From positions 1 through 8,019 of the forward strand of contig NW_021828637.1 in NCBI RefSeq assembly GCF_006345805.1: a stretch of 8,019 bases of DNA. The letters are read 5' to 3'. The stretch's first letter is position 1, and each line of letters opens with the position of its first letter. Position numbers and translations under genes: made by a program. Positions 1-7,445 of this stretch are shown piece after piece. The notes beneath the pieces are model-generated. The model searched no databases. It saw nothing but the letters and a program-made list of their open reading frames with translations, and had not been told where the DNA came from. The DNA comes from Octopus sinensis (taxonomy: Eukaryota).

Positions 1-2
1 TG

Positions 3-152
3 GTGAATCCCTACTTCTACCCAGAATTCTTCAAAATACTCATTGCCAACTCTCACCTTACTGACAGCATGCCTGTACAGGGCTTGTATAGCTCTCACCA
101 ACACTCATCTATCCTTTGTTTCCACATTGACCACAAGTCAGGGGATTAGGGG
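3..152 (-). pseudogene. Disrupted LINE reverse-transcriptase fragment (segment between FDRVP and QG)
   Basis: VP*SPDLWSMWKQRIDE, then a 1-nt frameshift near 102, then LVRAIQALYRHAVSKVRVGNEYFEEFWVEVGIH followed by CA at the window edge. It is too short to appear in the ORF track. Confidence 0.82.
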
Positions 153-155
153 ACC

Positions 156-1132
156 ACTGCACTTCCAGTTCTTCTATGCCTGTTTCTTTTCCCTAATGGC
201 CCTGTCAACTAAATTGTTCCACCACCACGTTATCTTCGGTGGAGAGGGGACCTTACACCAGCCACAGATCTGGTAGGTAGCTCTCAACAAGTTATCCCAT
301 ACAAACCTCCAGTTGTTCTCCACATTATGTGATGCTATGTCTTCCTGTTTTCTGTCAAAAAATTTGAGAAATACATCTCTAAATCTTTGTCCATTCGGAG
401 GATCCTTAAGCTTCCAGACCCTTCTTTCCCATGCTGGTCGTCTTCTGGGCAGCCATTTAACCCTACTACTAACTACTAACATATGTTGTGGAGTGCATTC
501 TTTACTTGGGCAAGTTTTGGCATTTATAAGTAGCCATCTTTCCCGTTTCCTGGTGAGAATGTAGTCAATCTGACTAGTGTACCCACCAGATTGGTAGGTG
601 AACAGGCGACTGGCAGGTTTCCTCAAGTTAGTATTACAGATCATAAGATCAATTGCATCACAGAACTCCAGCAGCCTGGTTCCCTCCTCATCACAGGAAC
701 CAAATCCGTTACCACCATGTATACCATGGAAGCTCCCTCGATGTTATCCAACATGCCTGTTGAAATTGCCAGCCACAAAGAGAAGGTCCGTCATTCGTCA
801 ACTAGGTAGTCTGCAAGAGTGTGTCATGAAATCGGTCTTTCTGTTCATCAGGTAACCCTGGCTGAGGGGCGTAAGCCAAAATAATGATTGCTAATCTATG
901 TTGCAGCACCAATCTAAGCTTAAATATTCTATCACAGACTCTGACTACCTCGATTACCTTATCAACCCATTTCTCCACAGGGAGTATACCCACGCCCCTA
1001 ACCCCATCAGTATTCCCTACCCAGAAAATCTTATACCTTTGTTCTTTGCCTGCGGGGAACCAAAAACAACTTCCTCTCCACATTATTTCTTGGAAGCAGC
1101 ACAAATCTACACGCCTCCATTCAAGTATCTCA
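156..1132 (-). pseudogene. Disrupted LINE endonuclease (EEP/APE family) and linker coding region
   Basis: In-frame stops at 802-804 (TAG), 744-746 (TAA) and 174-176 (TAG). There is a frameshift near 790 between track ORF 802..1104 and the frame of ORF 174..644. The first endonuclease motif at the N-terminus is missing. Confidence 0.88.
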
Positions 1133-1440
1133 GAAAGAAAGAAAATGGATAAAGATGGATGTATGAATAATTTAATTGTATGATATAAAGATGTTGAAAT
1201 TTAAAAAGGAAATAATAATACAAATAAATTATAAGTTATAAAGCTCAAAAAGAAAATGGTAGATGCAAAAGAACTTACATATATGTTTCAGTTCTACCCC
1301 CTTGTTGATATGCAATTCTAAGCATTTGGTTATATGCTAAGAATGGTATCATTTTTAACTATATGGGGAGTAACTTCTTCAGGGTTATAATGAGCTTATA
1401 AAAGTAAGGTTAATTTTTTTCTTGGAAGGATGCATACAGA

Positions 1441-1508
1441 ATATATATATATGTATGTTTATGCATATATATATGTATATAAATATTTGTATATATACAT
1501 ATGTATAA

Positions 1509-1589
<81 letters not shown>

Positions 1590-1598
1590 GACAGATAA

Positions 1599-1629
<31 letters not shown>

Positions 1630-1762
1630 TGGATATAGATATTTATATGTATGTGTGTGGCATGCATGTGTATGTATATATACATATATATGTATATGCA
1701 TATATATATTTACATGCATGTGTGTATATATATGTGTGTGTATGCATGTGTATATGTATGCA

Positions 1763-1794
<32 letters not shown>
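1441..1794. repeat. Compound microsatellite: (AT)19, imperfect (GATA)n, mixed TA/TG/CATG, (TA)12
   Basis: Read directly: (AT)19 at 1511-1548, GATA run at about 1547-1629, (TA)12 at 1771-1794. Confidence 0.97.
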
Positions 1795-1795
<1 letters not shown>

Positions 1796-2114
1796 GTAAA
1801 AGCACGTGATTTAGTTGTTAGGGCATTCGTCTCACGATCGTCATGAGTTCGATTCCCGGCTTTGCTTTGTGTTTTTGAGCAAGACACTTTATTTCACATT
1901 GCTCCAGTCCACTCAGCTGGCAAAAATGAGTAGTACTTGTATTTCAAAGGGGACCAGCCTCGTCACGCTCTGTGTCACTTTGAATCTCCCAGAGAACTAC
2001 GTTAAGGGTACACGTGTCTGTGGATTGCTCAGCCACTTGCACGTTAATTTCACGAGCAGGCTGTTCCGTTGATCAGATCAACTGGGACACTTGTCATCGT
2101 AACCGACAGAGTGC
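1796..2114 (+). mobile_element. tRNA-derived SINE with CORE-like central domain, apparently near full length
   Basis: Degenerate A box TGATTTAGTTG (1807-1817) and B box GTTCGATTCC (1847-1856). These are followed by TTGAGCAAGACACTTTATTTCACATTGCTCCAGTCCACTCAGCTGGCAAAAATGAG (about 1875-1930), which aligns by eye to the MIR/CORE consensus CTTGGGCAAGTCACTTAACCTCTCTGTGCCTCAGTTTCCTCATCTGTAAAATGGG. The head is homologous to the copy at 7956-8019. Confidence 0.85.
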
Positions 2115-2116
2115 TC

Positions 2117-2126
2117 CTATATATAT

Positions 2127-2165
<39 letters not shown>

Positions 2166-2266
2166 TGTACCTAGGTATGGATGTGTATTGAACAAGTGTA
2201 TCATCTCCAATGTTATTGCTCTTATATTTTAGTTGTATGTGTATGTGAGAGAGTATTTATGAGCGT

Positions 2267-2298
<32 letters not shown>
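2117..2298. repeat. Microsatellites (CA)17, (GA)7 and (CAGA)n
   Basis: (CA)17 at 2128-2161, (GA)7 at 2267-2280, CAGA run at 2281-2298. Confidence 0.95.
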
Positions 2299-2387
2299 AA
2301 GTTTGCATGTGTGTGTCTACCCATCTGCCTGTATAGAGTGAAGAAGAGAGTATATGAAGGAATAAGTTTTTAAAATTACATATGTGT

Positions 2388-2417
2388 TATATATATATAT
2401 ATATATATATTATATAT
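2388..2417. repeat. (TA)n microsatellite
   Basis: Read directly; one interruption at 2410-2411. Confidence 0.95.
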
Positions 2418-2724
2418 GTGGAGGCACAATGGCCCAGTGGTTAGGGCAGCGGACTCGTGGTTGCAGGATCGCGGTTTCAATTCCCAGACTGGGCATTGTG
2501 TGTGTTAATGAGTGAAAACACCTAAAAGCTCCACAAGGCTCTGGCAGGGGGTGGTGATCACTACTGTACTCTTTCACCACTACTTTCTCTCACTCTTTCT
2601 TCTGTTGGCCTGCTCGCTTAGCCACCAGGGTGGTGTCAATCGAAGGCTAAAACAATGCGAACGCATTGTGACCAGTGATGTGTAGCAACATCTGATAGCC
2701 TGGTCGGTCACGTGATCACATGAT
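2418..2724 (+). mobile_element. tRNA-derived SINE, second family, ending in a CACGTGAT/CACATGAT tandem
   Basis: Canonical A box TGGCCCAGTGG (2430-2440) and B box-like GGTTTCAATTCC (2473-2484). The ~300-bp GC-richer body sits between two (TA)n tracts. Confidence 0.83.
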
Positions 2725-2807
2725 ATATATATATATATGTATATATTTACTCCCACACGCATACATATATATAACAATATATATCTTCAAAACTGTGCAT
2801 ATATAAT

Positions 2808-2836
2808 CATCTTTGTCATTGTCATCATCATCATTG

Positions 2837-2876
<40 letters not shown>
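2808..2876. repeat. (CAT)n trinucleotide repeat
   Basis: Pure (CAT)13 at 2838-2876, with interrupted units from 2808. Confidence 0.97.
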
Positions 2877-3095
2877 TATAATGTCAACATGGGTTGTATA
2901 GGTGTATTGCAGTCCTTTGTCATTTGACAAAAGGAAAAAAAATAAACACCAATAGCTGTCATTGTGTATGATGAGATTTTCATTTTTCTTTTGACATTAC
3001 TTTCGTGATAGGGTGGCCTTCCTACGGGCAAAATTTTAATGCTTGAACCGGGTGCATCTTTTTGTGCTCTAGAGAAAGCCTATTTTAGCTAAAAT

Positions 3096-3381
3096 AGTTA
3101 TGCAACCAGCATTTTGATACCTCATGCAATAAGCAAAAAGATAAATATTGCAGATTGATTTGTGTGATTTTAAAATCACACAAACCAATCTGCAATATTT
3201 ATCTTTTTGCTTATTGCATGAGGTATCAAAATGTTGGTTAAATCACACAAATCAATCTGCAATATTTATCTTTTTGCTTATTGCATGAGGTATCAAAATG
3301 TTGGTTAAATCACACAAATCAATCTGCAATATTTATCTTTTTGCTTATTGCATGAGGTATCAAAATGCTGGTTGCATAACT
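3096..3381. repeat. Fold-back palindrome plus three 67-bp tandem units
   Basis: The left arm 3096-3171 is the reverse complement of the units at 3173-3239, 3240-3306 and 3307-3373. Segment 3307-3381 is a 75/75 reverse complement of 3096-3170. The palindrome centre is TTTT|AAAA at 3171/3172, with no spacer. Confidence 0.97.
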
Positions 3382-3894
3382 GTGACCTTTATCATAAATG
3401 CAGTTCCACTGCAGCTGTTTGAAACTTAGTTAATGGTGAGTTCTCAATCATCTGCAATAGAACCATATCACTAACAATGATCATAGCTTTGTGATGAAAA
3501 TGCTGATATAATAGATTTTGTGAATATAATAGATTTTGTGTGATATGAATTTTTTTATTATTTTAAATGACACTTCCATGGGGAAACTGTTTCATTTTCA
3601 AAATACAATCTTAGATCACGTCATGAATCAAACAAATATATCTTCAAAATTTTGAAACTTTTAATTGTGTTTTGGTTTTTTTCCTTTTACATATACCTAA
3701 TTTGGTATTTTTACCTTTCAGATATGGGTAGCAGGTTTTTTTTTATTTTTTATTTTTTTGCCTTCTTTTCTTAATATTTCTGGTTAAACTTTTGTTCTGT
3801 ATTTAGTCAATGTTGGGTGGGACACAGACAATATGGAAATAATAATCATAGGTCATGTCAGAAAAAGGTTGTGCATCACTGGTTTAGAGGTATA

Positions 3895-3961
3895 TGCATA
3901 CATACATATGATATACATGCATATATGTGTGCTTGTATGTGTGCATAGATAACATAAAACG

Positions 3962-4036
<75 letters not shown>

Positions 4037-4360
4037 GCTCTTGGTTCTTGAGTGACTCTGTTACTTCTGCAAAATATTAATAAAAGTATATATATATATA
4101 TATATATATATACACTCATGTTTTGAGTTCTATTTTTCTTGTTTGCATTGAAATACTTGTATATACACACACACACACACACACACACATACACATATAC
4201 ACTCACGCATGTGCACACATGCACATATACATATATAATGTATGTATATATGTATGGATGTATGGATGTATGTACATACATATGTATGTATGTATGCATG
4301 TATGTACATATGTATTTATGTATGTATGTATGTATATATGTATGTATGTATGAATGTATG

Positions 4361-4394
<34 letters not shown>

Positions 4395-4530
4395 CTATGT
4401 AAGTATGAATGTATATATGTATGTATATATGTATATATGTATATATGTATGTATGCATGAATATACATGCACGTATGCATGTATGTATGCATGTATGTAT
4501 GAATATTAATGTGAGGCTGTGTATGTATAA
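3895..4530. repeat. Large compound microsatellite (TA)n / (CA)n / (TATG)n
   Basis: TA runs at about 3966-4030 and 4087-4111, a CA run at about 4165-4188, and TATG-type repeats at about 4240-4500. Confidence 0.96.
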
Positions 4531-4607
4531 TAAGTGTATATGAAAATTTTCATATCAATAGAAAATTTATTTATTCAATTTTTTAAATATTTGTATTATT
4601 TCATTCG

Positions 4608-4644
4608 CTTCTTTCTTTCTTTCTTTCTTTTTTCTTTTTTTTTT
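4608..4644. repeat. (TTTC)n / poly-T pyrimidine tract
   Basis: Read directly. Confidence 0.9.
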
Positions 4645-4697
4645 GTTCAGGTGAAATGGCTTTGAACATACATTTAAACGATGATGATGATGATATA

Positions 4698-4791
4698 TAG
4701 GCTCAAGCATAGCTGTGTAATAAGGAGCTTGCTTCCTAATCACATGGATCCAGGTTCAGTCCCACTGTGTAGCACCTTGATCAAGTGTCTT
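4698..4791 (+). mobile_element. 3'-truncated tRNA-derived SINE head, third family, stopping at the start of a CORE-like segment
   Basis: Degenerate A box TAGCTGTGTAA (4710-4720), B box GGTTCAGTCC (4753-4762), then CACCTTGATCAAGTGTCTT (4773-4791), which resembles the CORE start CCTTGGGCAAG. A T12 run follows at 4795-4806. Confidence 0.75.
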
Positions 4792-4846
4792 GTGTTTTTT
4801 TTTTTTACCTTTTTTCAATTTAAATTCTGTTAATTTTTGTTATACT

Positions 4847-5639
4847 TGTTGATGTTGTTGTTGTACTAATTGTTGTTCAGGTGGTAATTGCAAAAGTAGT
4901 GTTAATGGCACAGAGTGTAATGTTGTTGTTGTTGTTGTTGCTGTTAGTGGTGTTGGCGGTGTTGGTAACGATAGAGGTGGTGGTGGTGGTGGTGTTGGTG
5001 GCGTGGTGGTGGTGGTGGTGGTGGTGTTGGTGGCAGTGGTGGTGGTGGTGGTGAGTGCATGTGACAGCAATAGTGGTGGGAGTGGTGTTGGTTGTTGGTG
5101 ACGGTATTGTTGCTGTTGTTATTGTGGTTGTTGTTGGTAGTGGTGGTGGTGGTGGTTTTAGTGTAGGTGGTAGTGGGAGTGGTTATTATGTTGATGTTGC
5201 TGATATTTGTGGTAGTGGTGCAGTTGGTGGTAGTGATAGTGGTGGCCATGGTGGGGTGGAGGGGGCAGTAGTGATAATCATGCTTGCATTTGTAGTGTTG
5301 TCATTATAGGTAGTGGTGATGGTTGTGGTTGTGGTGGTGGGGGAAGTAATGTAATTGGTGATGTTGGAGGTGGTGGTGGTAATAGTATTAGCAGTGTGGT
5401 GTAGGGATGGCAGTGATTTTGATGGTCACCATGGGGGTGCTAGTGGGGAAAGTAGTAATGAAGGTGGTAGTGGTGGTTTTGGCAGCAGTGGTTTTGGAGG
5501 TGGCAGTGGTAGTAGTGGTGGTGGTGGCAGTGGTTTTGGTGGTGGTGGTGGTGGTGGTAATGAAGGATAATATCTGTTAAAGCTGTTATTGCTAGTAGCT
5601 TTGGTTGTGATGGTTGTGGCACTAGAGGTGATGGTGCTT

Positions 5640-5690
<51 letters not shown>

Positions 5691-5787
5691 ACGCTAGTGA
5701 TAGTTGGTAGTAGCTGTAATGTCGGTGGCCGTGATGTTGGTGGTGGTGGTGGTGTTGGTGGTGGTGGTGGTGTTGGTGGTTATTGGT
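4847..5787. repeat. ~940-bp G/T-rich trinucleotide mosaic (GTT, GGT, AGT variants) including (GTA)17
   Basis: Read directly: GTT and GGT runs throughout, pure (GTA)17 at 5640-5690, very few C on the + strand. Confidence 0.95.
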
Positions 5788-5879
5788 AAATTTGTTTTGT
5801 TCTCTGATTTTACTGTCAAAATCTTCCCACCATATGAGGAGGGAACCTTGGGAAACCAGTTTTCATAAAAGTTGATATA

Positions 5880-5952
5880 CACCACACGCATACACATACA
5901 TATATGCATGCATGAGTGTGAATATGTGTATATATATATATATATATATAGG
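5880..5952. repeat. CA/TA/CATG microsatellite
   Basis: Read directly. Confidence 0.9.
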
Positions 5953-6072
5953 TATAAAAATTATATATAAAGAAACAAGAACGTGAAATACACAAAGGGA
6001 CGAACACAGAAAACAGACGGGTCATTCGAAGCCTTTAATCTTCAGTCAGAAGATTAAATTCGGCTGATTAAT

Positions 6073-6117
6073 TCTCTCTCTCTCTCTCTCTCTCTCTATG
6101 TATATACACACACACAA

Positions 6118-6156
<39 letters not shown>

Positions 6157-6200
6157 ATATATCATACACATACACATACACATACATAAACATATATGCT
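6073..6200. repeat. (TC)12, (CA)n and TA/CATA microsatellites
   Basis: (TC)12 at 6073-6096; CA run at about 6106-6144. Confidence 0.95.
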
Positions 6201-6621
6201 ATTAGCAGTACCCAGCCCTGTCTAGATTTATTAATATCTAAAAATAAATACAAGTCACATGAATTCTCTATATTTGTCCTTTCCAGAGAACATGAGAGGA
6301 TATTGCTATGGGTCATATATGAACTGTGTGCATCTGAGACTCTGGTGGTGAGAGATTAATCACGTTTCTACAGCATTATTTCTTACCTGTTCAGCAATTA
6401 GAATGGCAACTTTACTGCAAAGAGTAGCATTGAAATGACATTCATGTTCTCTAGAGGGCATTTTATCTGCATCAAATTATAATTTTTATGCCATTTTCAT
6501 TCATATTTCCAGGATTAGCTTTAAAAGCTCTGTATATTGTGATTCTGTTGCTGTGTAACATTTCTGAAATATCAAAAGACAACTTCACCTGGATCACAAG
6601 AATTACTGTAACAGGTGGGAA

Positions 6622-6941
6622 ATGTGGAAGCGCCATCCAACCAAAATGCAAATATATGGGAAACTACCACCTGTGTTATCTCTTGTGAAATGTAAGAGAG
6701 TCCAGTTTGCTGGACATTGTTGTAGAGCTGAAAAAGAGGTAATTTCTACTCTTCTCCTCTGGAAGCCATCTACTCGCAATACCAGAGGGCGCACGCTCTC
6801 CTACCCTGAGGTAATCTCCAGGGATACAGGCATCCTGCAACAGGACCTCCGTAATGCCATGATGGACCATGAAGTCTGGCGTAGCATGGTAAATTCCATT
6901 GTCTCGACCACGGTCGAACAATGATGATGATGATGATGATG
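6622..6941 (+). mobile_element. 5'-truncated 3' end of an RTE-like LINE with (ATG)7 tail
   Basis: ORF 6622-6924, WKRHPTKMQIYGKLPPVLSLVKCKRVQFAGHCCRAEKEVISTLLLWKPSTRNTRGRTLSYPEVISRDTGILQQDLRNAMMDHEVWRSMV, follows the post-RT C-terminal pattern of RTE ORFs (W.H..K..YG.LP, R...AGH..R, LLW.P, RGR..Y, M.D..WR). The ATG tandem tail is at 6921-6941. Short tandem-repeat tails are typical of RTE elements. Confidence 0.85.
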
Positions 6942-7445
6942 TAACAATGTTGCCTTGTCTAGTTTCATTTGTTACCCATGCAGTATATCTAGAGGTGCTT
7001 GTGCTCAGCATTCTGATATAGAAAGGGCGACCTGCAACTATGGACAAATTTGCCCCTCTGTTTTGAATATAGCCATGTATTCTTCTCTATACAAAATTCA
7101 GTCTTTCTAAAGGAAATTATTTGATTCTACTGTACAAGGTTTTTTCAGAAATTGACTCAGAAGCAATGATATGAATTGTAATTTTACCATTTCATTTGAA
7201 AACCATGTATTCAGAGCTTCTCTTCTCTACATTTTTGCTGCACAATGCACATGTGTTAAAGACAACCCACCAATGAAAACAACTGTATAAGTGGATAAGA
7301 TTCATAATCCGTTTTTGTCATATTCAAAAGGTTTTTCTGTCTTTAACTTGCTAATTTTCCTGTCTTGCTAACTGATTCATAGTCCAGGACCAAGAAAGGG
7401 TATCTATGCCTGTTTGTGACTACACAGGCACACAAACCAGTCAGC

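Larger units (their letters stand above)
1..1132 (-). mobile_element. Decayed RTE-clade non-LTR retrotransposon (LINE) fragment: APE-type endonuclease, linker and part of the RT. It is 5'-truncated, internally deleted and runs off the window edge.
   Basis: Minus-strand translation across frames gives EILEWRRVDLCCFQEIMWRG...YKIFWVGNTDGVRGVGIL...RVCDRIFKLRL...AYAPQPG (1132-802), DLLFVAGNFNRHVG*...EEGTRLLEFCDAIDLMICNT (about 790-630), FTYQSGGYTSQIDYIL...QHMLVV...TWWWNNLVDRAIREKKQA* (to 174), then WSMWKQRIDE and LVRAIQALYRHAVSKVRVGNEYFEEFWVEVGIH (101-3). These match the QE, YAP, GDFN and IDY motifs of LINE endonucleases and the RT segment just before QG. The clade assignment is from recalled motifs. 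Confidence 0.92.

Noticed and set aside
43-1183. + strand ORFs over the LINE (43..276, 313..564, 591..809, 598..855, 884..1183, 898..1152)
   Set aside because: They are antisense shadows of the minus-strand LINE coding sequence, with no recognisable motifs.
1315-1344. Imperfect hairpin ATTCTAAGCAT / ATGCTAAGAAT
   Set aside because: An 11-bp stem with one mismatch in AT-rich DNA is compatible with chance.
1410-1887. ORFs rich in Y/I/L/S/H (1410..1685, 1459..1887)
   Set aside because: They are translations of (TA)n and (GATA)n microsatellites and SINE antisense, with no protein-like complexity.
3173-3373. 67-bp direct repeats as a CRISPR array
   Set aside because: The units are contiguous with no spacers, there are no cas genes, and the context is eukaryotic.
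3506-3540. 17-bp direct repeat ATATAATAGATTTTGTG x2 with a 1-nt spacer
   Set aside because: It is real, but an ordinary slippage duplication with no further structure.
3853-4460. 201-aa minus-strand ORF and overlapping + strand ORFs
   Set aside because: They derive entirely from TA/CA/TATG repeats.
4840-5909. Poly-Thr/Pro/His, poly-Val and Gly/Ser-rich ORFs, including GGSGGFGSSGFGGG at 5355..5570
   Set aside because: All frames on both strands open up because of the trinucleotide tract. There is no clear ATG context or splice structure, and the similarity to glycine-rich structural proteins is explained by composition.
6010-6060. Hammerhead-ribozyme-like core on the minus strand (CTGAAGA...CGAAT...GTC), as found in Penelope-like elements
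   Set aside because: The required GAAA is GAAT, stems I and II cannot be formed convincingly, and CTGAAGA is sequestered in the 10-bp hairpin. An Infernal search with hammerhead models would settle it.
6607-6946. TGTAACA (6607-6613 and 6940-6946) as the TSD of the RTE fragment
   Set aside because: It is only 7 bp, the same heptamer also occurs at 6554-6560, and it sits 8 nt from the recognisable homology boundary. It is possible but unsupported.
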